Shown one piece after another: positions 10,492-21,418 of a DNA stretch of 64,000 bases (positions are counted from its first letter, which is position 1; each line of letters opens with the position of its first letter). Both the position numbers and the translations under genes were made by a program. A model generated the notes under the pieces. The model was not told the origin of the DNA and did not search any database. It saw only the letters and a program-made list of their open reading frames with translations. The DNA comes from Leptospira sp. (GTDB lineage Bacteria > Spirochaetota > Leptospiria > Leptospirales > Leptospiraceae), in the NCBI GenBank assembly GCA_034439575.1, contig JAWXAQ010000005.1:83108-147107 (forward strand), given 5' to 3'.

Positions 10492-10788
10492 ATGGAAACC
10501 TCGCCCAAGGAAGAACCATTTTTCTCTACTGTATCCGATGAGGAAATAGCGCGAGAAAGAAAAAAAGCCAAGGAATTGAAAAATACGGCTTGGTGGAAAA
10601 ATAAACGATCTTCTGGAACGTGCCATTATTGTGGGAAAAAATTTAAGGTAGATGAGTTGACTATGGATCACCTAATCCCACTCATTCGAGGTGGCTTATC
10701 AGTGAAATCAAACTTAGTCCCAGCGTGCAAAGAATGTAATTTCAAAAAAAAACATAGCCTCCCTTTCGAAAAGGATTTCTTTACATAA
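10492..10788 (+). CDS. Small HNH endonuclease domain protein
   Basis: CHYC...TMDHLIPLIRGG...NLVPACKECNFKK. Alternative TTG start at 10480. Confidence 0.88.
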   Translation: METSPKEEPFFSTVSDEEIARERKKAKELKNTAWWKNKRSSGTCHYCGKKFKVDELTMDHLIPLIRGGLSVKSNLVPACKECNFKKKHSLPFEKDFFT

Positions 10789-11153
10789 TGGATTTAAAAG
10801 ATCTCGGATTACAAAATGATGATTATTTACCGAGTCGTTCCTCAGAAGAAATTGATCTTGTAGATGAAAAAGGAAATAGTTTTTTATGGGAAGTTTTTTA
10901 TTCCTTTTCACTGAACGGAAATGAATATCTCGTTTTTATACCGACTTCTGAGGCAGAATATTATCTCGTGAATGTGGAGTTAGATGATCCTGACTCGGAT
11001 GTACCTGGTTATATTGTATTAAGACTTGGCAATGACGAGAACGGCGAAGAAATACTAGAAGAAATTATTGATCCAGATGAATTAGAAGAAGTCACAGAAT
11101 TTGTAGAAGATGAAATAGGATTCATTGGCCAATTTCTTAATCAGGGGGAATGA
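10788..11153 (+). CDS. Acidic DUF1292-like protein
   Basis: 'IDLVDEKGN...F.LNGNEYLVF...EILEEIIDPDELEEV' pattern; overlaps the HNH stop (TAATG). Confidence 0.65.
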   Translation: MDLKDLGLQNDDYLPSRSSEEIDLVDEKGNSFLWEVFYSFSLNGNEYLVFIPTSEAEYYLVNVELDDPDSDVPGYIVLRLGNDENGEEILEEIIDPDELEEVTEFVEDEIGFIGQFLNQGE

Positions 11154-11562
11154 CAAGAGTTTCGCCCTTACAAACGATTTCATTCTTTTGATTCGTCCAA
11201 ACGATTTTCATTCTTATCGCTTTTAGTTTTAAAATTTTTTCAATCACTTCCACCTTACATGTAATCGTATCACCAAAGAATACAGGTTTTCTAAATTTAG
11301 TATTCGTTTCTAAAGCCACAGTACCAAGACCTGGTAACTTCATCCCTAAAACAGGTGCTAGGAGTGAGGCCGCCAAACCACCATGTGCAATACGTGTTCC
11401 AAATACAGTCGTCTTTGCATACTCTTCATCGGTATGAAGTGGATTAAAATCTCCACTGATTCCCGCAAAAAGATACACATCTGTTTCTGTTATTGTTTTA
11501 GAAAAGGAAGCTGTTTCCTTTAGCACAATTTGTTCGTACGTTTTCCCTTTTTGATACATCAT
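11137..11562 (-). CDS. MaoC-family (R)-enoyl-CoA hydratase / dehydratase
   Basis: 'FAGISGDFNPLHTDEEYA', 'RIAHG', 'LPGLGT', 'KPVFFGD'. Confidence 0.92.
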   Translation of the reverse strand: MMYQKGKTYEQIVLKETASFSKTITETDVYLFAGISGDFNPLHTDEEYAKTTVFGTRIAHGGLAASLLAPVLGMKLPGLGTVALETNTKFRKPVFFGDTITCKVEVIEKILKLKAIRMKIVWTNQKNEIVCKGETLVIPPD

Positions 11563-12800
11563 AACACTTGTTTCTTGGACTTTGGTTGGAATTCAAAATG
11601 GTATAGAATCCCTTGATTTTCCTCAGATTTAATTTCTATAATTCGACCTACCATTTGGCTACATAGAGAAAATATGACTGATAAACCGATACTTTCAGCA
11701 CTCTGAATATCAAAACCTTTGGGAAATCCAATTCCATTATCAGAATATTGAAAATCCATTTTTTCATCATCAGCGATAGAAAGTTTTATTACTATTTCTG
11801 CATTATGTTTATCTATAAACGCATGCCTTAGTGAATTGGTTAACATTTCTGTAAGCATTAAACCGAGGGGAATTGCCAAAGTTAAATTGAGATCTTTAGA
11901 ATCTACGATTTGAACAATTCGTATATCCATACGCATGTACATCAATTTAATATTTTCAACGAGGCTTTCTATATAATCATTTGCATTTAACCTAGAAAGA
12001 TTTTTAGAACTATAAAGTTTTTCATGAACTAGGGCAATCGCCTTAATGCGAGCGATACTTTGTTCCAAAATAATAGCCGATTCCTTAGGTGCTGAATATG
12101 TTTGTAATTGTAAAAAGGATACAATTACAGCTAAATTGTTTTTAATTCTATGATGAACTTCTGTTAATAGAGTCTCATTTTCTTTTAATGAGATTTCCAA
12201 TAACTTTTGTTTCTCTATGTAGTCTGTAATATCAGTCGTGACGGCAATAGCTCTCCCTTCATTTTCTTCATAGTCAAAAAAATAAAGTCTGTTTTCAAGT
12301 CCCCACTTGATACGACCATCCGGAAACTTCAATCTGTATAAAATACCAGCTATATTTTCTGTTAAACGATTTGTCCATATATTTAACATTCGTTCATGGT
12401 CTTCTGGATGTAGCCTCTCCACTAATCGATTTGGTTCACGAATGATGGATTCCCTTGAATGTTCAAAAAATTTTGCCGTTTGATGAGAGATCATCTCCAC
12501 CTTCCAAGTGGAAGTATTAAAAACAATCACTGAGTCTTGGATCTCTTGTAGAATACTCTGATAAAGAAAATCCGCTTTCTTTTTTTCTTTTAAGGTTCTG
12601 TATTGACTGTCAAGTTCACGTTTAAGAAGTAAAAAAATGAGAATGGAAGAAATGGCGACATAGAACCAACCTTTATATGATTGAGCCATACGTATTCTTT
12701 CCGAATCATGATTAAAAATCGAAAGTGCATAATCAGAAAAATATATCCATAACACTCCAAGTAACAAATAAAGTAAGGAAACTCGGAGGGCGGCTTTCAT
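11559..12800 (-). CDS. Membrane sensor histidine kinase (PAS, HisKA_2 type)
   Basis: Two N-terminal TMs; PAS 'LHPEDHER'; H-box 'EVHHRIKNNL'; 'EMLTNSLRHAF', 'DNGIGF'. Confidence 0.92.
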   Translation of the reverse strand: MKAALRVSLLYLLLGVLWIYFSDYALSIFNHDSERIRMAQSYKGWFYVAISSILIFLLLKRELDSQYRTLKEKKKADFLYQSILQEIQDSVIVFNTSTWKVEMISHQTAKFFEHSRESIIREPNRLVERLHPEDHERMLNIWTNRLTENIAGILYRLKFPDGRIKWGLENRLYFFDYEENEGRAIAVTTDITDYIEKQKLLEISLKENETLLTEVHHRIKNNLAVIVSFLQLQTYSAPKESAIILEQSIARIKAIALVHEKLYSSKNLSRLNANDYIESLVENIKLMYMRMDIRIVQIVDSKDLNLTLAIPLGLMLTEMLTNSLRHAFIDKHNAEIVIKLSIADDEKMDFQYSDNGIGFPKGFDIQSAESIGLSVIFSLCSQMVGRIIEIKSEENQGILYHFEFQPKSKKQVL

Positions 12801-14375
12801 TTAACTAAACTCTTGTAATGTGCTAAACCTAACATTTACAGTATTTTCTATCTCCTGACTCAATCTCTGATATCCTTTCCATAGGTCATCCAATTCTTTT
12901 TCTACGAAACTTGACAATCTAGAAAGTGAAGCTAAGTATTTACCAACTAAATAGAAAGTCAATAAGCTTCTATCGACTAACTTTTCTTCTATTGTGTAAT
13001 GTACGAATGTTTTATTTGAATCTTGTTCAGAAAGAGATAAAATGACAAAAAGAGACAATGCATCAGCGAAGGCAAACTCTATGGATTGCAATTTTTTACG
13101 TGATGGTTCTGCATCCAATTTGACCAAAATTTCATAGAGTAAATTTTGTATGGTATCACTTGGACTTTTTTCACTTTCAATTCTTGAGAATTCTCCCATA
13201 AATTTTACTTTGCCAGGATACAAAGAAGAAATGATAGATCTTTGTATTTCACTAGTCCCTCCACCAATAGTTCCAAGTTTGACATCCCTATAAAATCTTT
13301 CGACAGCATATTCTTTCATATACCCATATCCACCAAGTAATTGGACAGAGTCTTTCGCCACATCTTCTGAGATCTCAGAAGAAATTAATTTTCCAAGTGA
13401 ACTTTCAAGAGGAGAAGGAATGCCTTTGTCTTTCCGATCGGCAACCCAATAAATCAAACGTCTAGCGGCTTGAATGTAGACCCAATTTCGAACTAAGATA
13501 TCCTTCATACCAAAAAAACTAGAAATTGATTTTCCAAATTGTATTCTTTCTTTAGCATAACGCATACCAGTGCGAAAACAAAATTCCATAGCACCTGAAA
13601 GTCCTGCTACGAAAACAGTACGTTCCCATTCTAAGGTTTCTTTACCAATTCGTAGAAAACCAGAATTAAGAGGCCCAAGTAAACTATCCTTAGGTAGTAT
13701 CATATCCTCAAAAACAAGTTCAGCAGTCATAGAAGTATGATGGCCAAGTTTTTTTAGCACCTTACTTACATTAAATCCTTTAAATTTCTCTTCGACAATA
13801 AATGCAGATATTCCAAGGGGTCCCCGCCCCTTTTCAGATGTCCGAGCCATAGTCACAAACACTTGGCCAATAGGTCCATTTGTGATAAACATCTTTGAGC
13901 CATTTAATTTCCAACCGCCATTGACTTCTTCTGCTTTTGTCAAAAGTGATGCGGCATCAGAACCTGAAGCTGGCTCACTTAACGCGAATCCTGCGATCCA
14001 TTCACCTGATGCAATTTTTGGAAGATATTTTTTCTTTTGTTCATCGGTTCCTTGAAACACAATTGGCATAGCGCCGATAATCATGTGAGCGGCCCATGAT
14101 AGTCCCATTCCCCCGTCCAGGCATCCAGCGGAAAAGGCATCTGTGGCATGAGAACATTGCAAACAACTTGCCCCTTGTCCTCCGTATTCAGAGGGGATGG
14201 ACAGTCCAGTCAATCCAGCCTTACTAAATTCTTTCCACAATTCCTCTGACCAAATTTCTTTCTCATCACGTTCTTCTGCAGAAGGTAATACTTTATCTCG
14301 AGCAAAATCAAAAACAGTTTCGTAAAAATCTTTATCTGTATCTTGCAGATAGGGATTTAATTTTGGGTTTCTCAT
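12801..14375 (-). CDS. Acyl-CoA dehydrogenase with C-terminal extension
   Basis: 'FALSEPASGSDA', 'LNGSKMFITNG', 'RIQFGK', 'QLLGGYGYMKEYAVERFYRD...GGTSEIQR'. Confidence 0.93.
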   Translation of the reverse strand: MRNPKLNPYLQDTDKDFYETVFDFARDKVLPSAEERDEKEIWSEELWKEFSKAGLTGLSIPSEYGGQGASCLQCSHATDAFSAGCLDGGMGLSWAAHMIIGAMPIVFQGTDEQKKKYLPKIASGEWIAGFALSEPASGSDAASLLTKAEEVNGGWKLNGSKMFITNGPIGQVFVTMARTSEKGRGPLGISAFIVEEKFKGFNVSKVLKKLGHHTSMTAELVFEDMILPKDSLLGPLNSGFLRIGKETLEWERTVFVAGLSGAMEFCFRTGMRYAKERIQFGKSISSFFGMKDILVRNWVYIQAARRLIYWVADRKDKGIPSPLESSLGKLISSEISEDVAKDSVQLLGGYGYMKEYAVERFYRDVKLGTIGGGTSEIQRSIISSLYPGKVKFMGEFSRIESEKSPSDTIQNLLYEILVKLDAEPSRKKLQSIEFAFADALSLFVILSLSEQDSNKTFVHYTIEEKLVDRSLLTFYLVGKYLASLSRLSSFVEKELDDLWKGYQRLSQEIENTVNVRFSTLQEFS

Positions 14376-16276
14376 GAAAATATCCTTTCAATTTGTTTTG
14401 TAAAAACATCTGCGATTATATTTCTTTTCATTTTAAGTGTCCTCGTCATTTCACGGTCGGGATCAAAAACCCTAGGCACAACATAGAAATTGTTAGCTGG
14501 AACAAGTTCGAAAGATTTAAAACCATTATCTCTAGAAATAATTTTAGATATTTCCGTTTTGTATAAATTTCGCACATTCACATTCTCATTCCAGGACTCA
14601 TATTTTCCAGTTATCTCCGGGAATTTTTTTTCAATTGCCTCAAAATTTGGAACAATAAGGGCACCAAGTGTTTTTCTATCATGACCGATAACCATCACCT
14701 GATCTATGTATGGTGAAGTCAGAAGTTTATCTTCTATAGGAATTGGTTCTATATTTTCGCCGCCAATAAGTGCAATCGTATCTTTGGAGCGCCCAGTGAA
14801 AACGAGTTCATTTCTATGCGTTAGTTGCATTAAATCTCCCGTATCAAAAAAACCATCCTCATCAAATACGACCGAATTAAGTTCAGGTCTCTTGTAATAT
14901 CCTTTGAGAATTTGATCAGATTTGATCCAAAGGGTTCCCTTCGCATATGGAGTTTTTAATTCACGAGATAATTCATCTTTTAATTTCAATTGGTAGCCAT
15001 CGATTGGCAATCCGACAGTTCCTCTTGTAGGTTTTTGATTCGAACGTATAGAAACCACAGCAGAAGTTTCCGTCATCCCATAACCTTCCAAAACTTTCAA
15101 ACCTATCGCAGAAAGAAATCCATCAACAACACTTGGTAAGGCGGAACCTGCAGAAATACAAATCCTTATCTTGCCTCCCAAGGCTTTATGTATGGCGGAA
15201 AATATTTTTATGGAAATTAGTTTTAGGGGTGAAAGTAATATTAATATAAAACATGAAATGAATCTTTTATATAAATCAATCATGAGATTTCTTTTTTGAA
15301 TGGCAAAATCATACCCCATAACAACCGATTTGTGCTTTGCCCATAAGGAACCGATTTTTAAGAAAAATTGAAACAATTTCTCTTTCATACCCCCTTCCTT
15401 TGTTACTTTCGCGATGATTCCGTTATAAACAGATTCCCATATACGTGGTACGGATGGAAACACTGTGGGTCGAAAATCTCTAAGATCATCTTTTAAGTTT
15501 GTCATATTTGAAACTAAAAATTGGATACCTAGAGTCAGTGTGGCATACTCAACGGCTCTCTCGAATGCATGCCAAGGCGGTAACAAACTGAGAGCCGTAT
15601 CATCAGAATTCATATCAAGCCGTGCAATGGTATTTGTAATAGCTGTGAGCCAACCTTTCTGAGTGAGCATAACTCCTTTTGGATTACCAGTTGTACCAGA
15701 AGTATAGATTAATGTTGCCAGTTCTTCTGGATTAATATCAGCTAATCTTTGTTTGATTGCTGAAGAATTTGCATTCAATAATTTTTGCCCAGACTCCATG
15801 AGTTTGGAAGCAGAATTTTCACCGAGCAAGTATTCACCAGTATCTGATTCTAAAATTACTAAAAATTCTAACTTTGGTAATTGTGATTTTAGATTTATAA
15901 TTCTTTGGTAGTCTTTTTGTTTTTGTACAACCAAAAATTTAGCTTCGGAATGATTTAAAATATATAAGATTTCATCATCGACAATATCAGTGCCTCGGGG
16001 AACGACAACCCCGCCAGCAGAAAGGATGGATAAATCCATTGAGAGCCAGTTAGTCGAAGCATCACAAAAAAATCCCACTCTGTCCCCAGGTTTTAATCCT
16101 ATACTGATCCAACCCGCAGTCAGTTGATCCACATTCTCTTTTAATTTTGAAAAAGAAATGCCAACAAATCCCTGCACCTTGTCTCTTTTCAAGAAACTTT
16201 GTTTCGAAGGAAAGGAAGTTGCAACATTCTGCAGAAGATGATAAAGTAACTCAGGTTTCGGATCCATGTTTTTCAT
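14372..16276 (-). CDS. fadD: Long-chain fatty acid--CoA ligase (AMP-binding)
   Basis: 'IYTSGTTGNPKGVMLT', 'EGYGMTET', 'FFDTGDL', 'GRSKDTI...GGENIEP'. Confidence 0.9.
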   Translation of the reverse strand: MKNMDPKPELLYHLLQNVATSFPSKQSFLKRDKVQGFVGISFSKLKENVDQLTAGWISIGLKPGDRVGFFCDASTNWLSMDLSILSAGGVVVPRGTDIVDDEILYILNHSEAKFLVVQKQKDYQRIINLKSQLPKLEFLVILESDTGEYLLGENSASKLMESGQKLLNANSSAIKQRLADINPEELATLIYTSGTTGNPKGVMLTQKGWLTAITNTIARLDMNSDDTALSLLPPWHAFERAVEYATLTLGIQFLVSNMTNLKDDLRDFRPTVFPSVPRIWESVYNGIIAKVTKEGGMKEKLFQFFLKIGSLWAKHKSVVMGYDFAIQKRNLMIDLYKRFISCFILILLSPLKLISIKIFSAIHKALGGKIRICISAGSALPSVVDGFLSAIGLKVLEGYGMTETSAVVSIRSNQKPTRGTVGLPIDGYQLKLKDELSRELKTPYAKGTLWIKSDQILKGYYKRPELNSVVFDEDGFFDTGDLMQLTHRNELVFTGRSKDTIALIGGENIEPIPIEDKLLTSPYIDQVMVIGHDRKTLGALIVPNFEAIEKKFPEITGKYESWNENVNVRNLYKTEISKIISRDNGFKSFELVPANNFYVVPRVFDPDREMTRTLKMKRNIIADVFTKQIERIFS

Positions 16277-16382
16277 TCCTTGCCCGAAGGATTCGGTCTT
16301 TCAGGATAAAAAACCACTGTTCGTTTTTTGCAAGTTTTTTCTCGATTTTTTGATTCAATTTTGCCTTAAGTAGGACGATTAT

Positions 16383-16991
16383 ATGTTTTTTTGGATTCAA
16401 AATGGACAAATGACGCCCAGATCACCGGAAATATCACGGAGATTGGTTCCTCCCGTCTATCATTCCGAAAAATCTGCAAGCTCAAAAAAAATTGAATCAG
16501 AGGAAGATCGAAGCGGAAACCGATCCAATTTCTTCCAAGATGCCAGGTCCGCCTATTTGGAATCTGAGGAAAAAATAGAATCCTTTCCTTTGTTATTTGC
16601 AAGTCAAGTGATGAGTAGCCCTGTATTTACGATCTCAGAAGACCAAAACATAGAAGAGGCAAAAATTCTTTTTATGGAAAAAAGATTTCGTCATATCCCA
16701 ATTTTGGACAAAAACCAAAAGCTAGTTGGAGTTCTTTCAGATAGAGATCTACTTAAAACCATTTCGTTTTCAGGAACCATCATTCACACGACTGTGAAAG
16801 AAATAATGGCAAAAAAAATCCTAACTGGTTCCTTGCAAACGGAAATCAGATATGCCGCAAAGGTAATGTTAGACGAAAAGGTAGGTTCATTACCGATAGT
16901 TGATGACAATGGAAAAATACTTGGCATCATCACAAGGACTGATTTAATTCGTGCCATGGTTAAATTTCCTGGTTTTACTCTACTCGCCTAA
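16383..16991 (+). CDS. CBS-domain pair protein
   Basis: Two CBS repeats ('VMSSPVFTI...FRHIPI...GVLSDRDL'; 'VGSLPIVD...GIITRTDL'). Confidence 0.9.
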   Translation: MFFWIQNGQMTPRSPEISRRLVPPVYHSEKSASSKKIESEEDRSGNRSNFFQDARSAYLESEEKIESFPLLFASQVMSSPVFTISEDQNIEEAKILFMEKRFRHIPILDKNQKLVGVLSDRDLLKTISFSGTIIHTTVKEIMAKKILTGSLQTEIRYAAKVMLDEKVGSLPIVDDNGKILGIITRTDLIRAMVKFPGFTLLA

Positions 16992-17013
16992 TGAAATACT
17001 GTCACGAGATCCT

Positions 17014-18471
17014 ATGAATTTTTATTCTGACTTCTTTATCATATTTATATACTTTGTTATTGTCTTCTTTTTTGGTTTTTATTTTTCAAAATCAAAATCA
17101 TCGGAATCTGATTTTTATTTAGGCAAAAAAGAAATTCATTGGATTTGGCTACTTTTTTCACTAGTAGCCACAGAAACTTCGAGTCTTACTTTTTTATCTA
17201 TCCCTTCCTTGTCATATAAGGGAGACTATTCGTTTTTACAAATTAGCATAGGTTATATTTTCGGCCGTACGATTGTAGCTTACTATTTATTACCAAGTTA
17301 TTTTGCAGGAGAGCGAATCTCCATATACGAATATCTAGGCGAAAAATTTGGAAAATCAGCGCAAAGATCTATGTCCTTGATTTTTACAGTTTCACGCATA
17401 TTAGGTGATGGGATTAGGCTCTATGTAACTTCTCTACCCATTGCCTTTCTTATAAACAAAATGGGAGGACTTCAACTTTCTGAATTTGAAATAGGAATCT
17501 TAGCATTATTTTTACTAAGTTTTGCCACCATCATTTACTCCGTATTTGGTGGATTCCGAGCCATAGTATTTACGGACTCATTGCAACTCTGTATATATTT
17601 ATTGGGCGGTATTTTTTCCTTATTTTTATTGATACATTTGATTTCGCCAATTGGTAGTGGATTTGATGTTTCAAAATTATTTCCGACTGGAATCAGCGAA
17701 AAACTAAGTCTTTTCCATTTTCAATTTATATCTGGTGATAATTCTTATTTCTTTGTATTTGCCATACTCGGTGGTGCATTCATATCTATCGGCTCACACG
17801 GTACTGACTTAATGCTTGTTCAACGAATCATTGCATCTAAAAATTTAAAAACAGGTCAAAAGATTTTAGTAACAAGTGGTGTATTTGTCTTTTTCCAATT
17901 TTTGTTATTTCTAAGCATAGGCACTTTACTCTATATTTATTATCAAGGCCAAAACATAGCACCTGATAAAGTATTTAGTTATTTTATCATTGAAAAAATC
18001 CCATCTCCCTTTTTAGGATTATTACTCTCTGCAATTCTTGCAAGTGCTATGTCTACGCTTTCGTCCACGATTAATTCACTTTCTTTGACTTGGGCGAGAG
18101 ACTGGGGGATGGACAAGTATTTTAGTCCCAAGATACTTAGTTTATTTTTTGGAATTGTACTTTTTATATCTTCTTTAATTCCATTTGCCTTGAATGAAAA
18201 TTTAGAAAAGAGCATATTAGAAATTGGGCTTACCATTTTTTCTTATACTTTAGGACCAAGCATTGCCCTATTTTTCTTTGCTAAAATGAAAAAAAATCAT
18301 CATTTCCCGAACTGGATCGTCTCTATTCTGTTATTTGGTTCAATCACTATACTCATTATCCTAGCTCAAATGATTAAACTACCATTCACCTTGCTTGTTC
18401 CTATCGGCATTTTAATCTTTTGTATAGGTTGGTTCCTATCAAATTTTATAGCTTCTTTATCGCGATCATAG
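17014..18471 (+). CDS. Sodium:solute symporter (SSS) family transporter
   Basis: 'SLVATETSSLTFLSIP', 'YSVFGGFRAIVFTD', 'DLMLVQR', 'ASAMSTLSSTINSL'. Confidence 0.92.
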   Translation: MNFYSDFFIIFIYFVIVFFFGFYFSKSKSSESDFYLGKKEIHWIWLLFSLVATETSSLTFLSIPSLSYKGDYSFLQISIGYIFGRTIVAYYLLPSYFAGERISIYEYLGEKFGKSAQRSMSLIFTVSRILGDGIRLYVTSLPIAFLINKMGGLQLSEFEIGILALFLLSFATIIYSVFGGFRAIVFTDSLQLCIYLLGGIFSLFLLIHLISPIGSGFDVSKLFPTGISEKLSLFHFQFISGDNSYFFVFAILGGAFISIGSHGTDLMLVQRIIASKNLKTGQKILVTSGVFVFFQFLLFLSIGTLLYIYYQGQNIAPDKVFSYFIIEKIPSPFLGLLLSAILASAMSTLSSTINSLSLTWARDWGMDKYFSPKILSLFFGIVLFISSLIPFALNENLEKSILEIGLTIFSYTLGPSIALFFFAKMKKNHHFPNWIVSILLFGSITILIILAQMIKLPFTLLVPIGILIFCIGWFLSNFIASLSRS

Positions 18472-21418
18472 CAATATCATCAGATAAAGCAGACATGCCA
18501 GACTGAGAAAGATTGAAGGTTGTATGTTTTTCTAAATCTTTTACAAATGAATTTACGATCTCGTTAACGCTAGTTTGACTGTTGTCCAATAAAATTTTAC
18601 TTACCTGCTCTCTTGTAAAAAAATCGCCAGAAGGACTACGGGCTTCATCTAAACCATCAGTGTATTGAAAAAAAACATCGCTACTATCCATAATAATCGC
18701 TCTTCTTTCAATCGTAGTTTCGAAAAAAGAATTTTCATCCATACCTAATGGCAATCCCCCTGCAGGTAATTCGTGAATCTTATTTTTTGAGGCATCAAAA
18801 TACAAAGGTTTGATATGACCTGCGGAAACATATTCAACTTGCGAATTTACAGGATCAAATAAAGCCAAGAAAAAAGTAATAAAAATATGATCGGGTGTTT
18901 CTTCATACAAACTAGCATTAGCCTCAAGTAAAACTTTTTTCAAATTTCTTTCCCCTCTGCGAAAAATAGAACGGATTTGTGAACGAAACAAAGCCATTAC
19001 GATAGCAGGACCGACACCATGATTTGATACATCGCCAATACAAAAAACTAATTTGCCATCATTTAATTCGATAAAATCATAATAGTCACCACCAACACCA
19101 GTCATTGCTTTATAAAAGGCAGCAATTTCGATTTTGTCAGAAAGACTTGTCGGTAACTTTTCGGGTAACAAACGTTTTTGTATTTCTTCAGCGGCAATTA
19201 ACTCACCTCGCATCTCATCTCTTTCTTTTAATCCAGAGACCATATCATTGAGTGAGTCCGTTAATATGCCAATTTCATCATAACCTGCCTTTGGAAAAGT
19301 TACATTCAAATTTCCTTTTTCGATTTGTTCTGCGTTTTTACTGATTACTTTAATGCGTCTAACAAATAAATGTGAAAAAATAAATGATAATAAAATAGCG
19401 AATAACCCGATAATGGCGACGTATCGCATTGTTTCTTCTCGGTTTTTTTTGATTTGGCGAATTCCATCTGTTCTATCTAATATGACAATATTAAAACCTA
19501 TAATATCTTTTTCTAATATTTCAAAAATTAAACCTCGTTTACCTTCAATTGATTCTAATAAAGGTTTACCATCCAATTCCCACATAGCCTCCTCTACTTC
19601 GGATCTACTATGCACCAATATTCCAGAATCATTATATATCTCTGTACCTCTTAATTTTGGTAATTCTGTCTCAGAATTTGCACTCAGGACCCAGTTACGA
19701 AAATGTGTATATTTGGTTTGAATTCTTTTTCGTTCATCTCCACTTTTATAGTATTTATTAATATTCGAATTTCCTGTTTTATAAGGAATAAAAGAAAAAT
19801 CATGTAAACTCGCGTCTCTCAAATACAAAACGGAATCATTTGACATTTCATGTATAAATTTTGTCCAATCGTCTTTTGAAGATTCGTGCAAGGCGATGTT
19901 ATCTCGCATTTCTTCTAACTGGCTTTCTAGTGTCTGGATTTTGTAATCGATCTCTTCTATCGAATATATTTTTTCATTTTCTTTTTGATTGCTTTTCGCT
20001 TTCAATTTCCACTCTGATAATTTTGCATTCAAATCATCAAAATTCTTTTTAAATTGTAATCCTTGTTCTTTCCATTTGATTTTATTTTCAGCGATCACGT
20101 TTTGATTTGGCAATAGTTCTTTAAATTTGGCCTCTCGTTTTGATATTAAACTGCGATATTTTTCTGTTAGTTCACGAAAAACTTTATCAGAACCTGGTTT
20201 CGTTTTTCCTGTTTTTCTAAGTTCACGCAATCGAATACGTATTTCAGTACTGAGTGTTTTAATTTCTTTTGCAATTTTTGTGTCTTCAATAAAATATTGA
20301 TTATAAAAGTCTTTTTCCTTTTGCAAGAAACCAAGAAGAGTGATTGCTCGCTCCGCCGAATCAGGATTTTTGAAAACTGGTTTAGTTAATACTTCAAATT
20401 GTCTGCCAACTACATCAATGGATTTGCTGTTAGAGTTAAATTGAGTTTCGATTTGTTTTTTCGAAAATAAGTCTGTGAGAATTTGTTTATATTCCTCACG
20501 TAAGAGCAATTTTTTACTCGTTTCCGGTGCCAGAGGAAATAGAGAAGCTGTATCTAAAGATTCTTTTCCATGTTTATCATATACAAATATTCTAATTTTA
20601 TCTGGTAATAATCCGATTGAATCGATTTTTTCTTTATAATTTCCTTTAAATATATTTAGCAAAGCTTTATTTAAATTTGACTCAAAGTTTAAAGCTTTCG
20701 CATCAGAAGTAATGATGTTTTTTGAAATTTGAATGAATTCTTTATTTAATTGATCCCTTTCTAAATTCAATTTTGATTTAGAAATTTCATCAATGGATGT
20801 ATCAGAAATATAAGCATTTATCGATTCTTTTAAGTCAGAAATTTCACGTACCCGAAATTTGTACTTTTCTGATTTTATTTTTTCTAAGGCCGCAGCTTTT
20901 GCAATCTTTTGAATTCTTTGATAGTTAATATCATCTATAGGCTTACCTGCTTCACCTTGAAGTTCATTTTTAATTTTTGATTCAAAAATAGAGATTTCCT
21001 TATCAGAAAGATAACGAGAGTAATAAGTATCAACTGAAGTATAAACATTTCCTCTTTTTACAGCAAGTCCAATGGATTGACCTAAATCTTTAAGAGTTCC
21101 TAAAAAACCAACTTCCTTACTAACTACCGTTCGTTTAAACTTTTTTAATTCACTTTTTTTTTCTTCGACTCGAATTTTGAATTCTTCAATCAAAACTAAA
21201 CTTCTATTTATATTTTCAAGTTCTAAAACTATACCATTCAAATAAACTAATGGATTTTTGATTTCAAGTTCCAACTTTTCTTGTAAGGCGTTTTTTTGTT
21301 GGCGATATGTGACGACAGAAGTCACGACCAGGATCACAGAGACCAATAAAATTGTGATAAAGGAAAGTTTTGTTCGTAAACCGGGTGTTATGATTCTCAA
21401 AATCTGTTTTTTATCCAT
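18446..21418 (-). CDS. SpoIIE/RsbU-type PP2C phosphatase with HAMP and very large extracytoplasmic domain
   Basis: TM1, ~630 aa charged region, TM2, HAMP ('DEIGILTDSLNDM'), PP2C 'VGGDYYD...GDVSNHG...YTDG...DDIAMI'. ATG at 21418 overlaps the upstream stop. Confidence 0.9.
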   Translation of the reverse strand: MDKKQILRIITPGLRTKLSFITILLVSVILVVTSVVTYRQQKNALQEKLELEIKNPLVYLNGIVLELENINRSLVLIEEFKIRVEEKKSELKKFKRTVVSKEVGFLGTLKDLGQSIGLAVKRGNVYTSVDTYYSRYLSDKEISIFESKIKNELQGEAGKPIDDINYQRIQKIAKAAALEKIKSEKYKFRVREISDLKESINAYISDTSIDEISKSKLNLERDQLNKEFIQISKNIITSDAKALNFESNLNKALLNIFKGNYKEKIDSIGLLPDKIRIFVYDKHGKESLDTASLFPLAPETSKKLLLREEYKQILTDLFSKKQIETQFNSNSKSIDVVGRQFEVLTKPVFKNPDSAERAITLLGFLQKEKDFYNQYFIEDTKIAKEIKTLSTEIRIRLRELRKTGKTKPGSDKVFRELTEKYRSLISKREAKFKELLPNQNVIAENKIKWKEQGLQFKKNFDDLNAKLSEWKLKAKSNQKENEKIYSIEEIDYKIQTLESQLEEMRDNIALHESSKDDWTKFIHEMSNDSVLYLRDASLHDFSFIPYKTGNSNINKYYKSGDERKRIQTKYTHFRNWVLSANSETELPKLRGTEIYNDSGILVHSRSEVEEAMWELDGKPLLESIEGKRGLIFEILEKDIIGFNIVILDRTDGIRQIKKNREETMRYVAIIGLFAILLSFIFSHLFVRRIKVISKNAEQIEKGNLNVTFPKAGYDEIGILTDSLNDMVSGLKERDEMRGELIAAEEIQKRLLPEKLPTSLSDKIEIAAFYKAMTGVGGDYYDFIELNDGKLVFCIGDVSNHGVGPAIVMALFRSQIRSIFRRGERNLKKVLLEANASLYEETPDHIFITFFLALFDPVNSQVEYVSAGHIKPLYFDASKNKIHELPAGGLPLGMDENSFFETTIERRAIIMDSSDVFFQYTDGLDEARSPSGDFFTREQVSKILLDNSQTSVNEIVNSFVKDLEKHTTFNLSQSGMSALSDDIAMIAIKKL

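Noticed and set aside
10492-10788. HNH as a homing endonuclease or defence system
   Set aside because: Small stand-alone HNH coupled to a housekeeping-like gene; no intron, methylase or mobile context.
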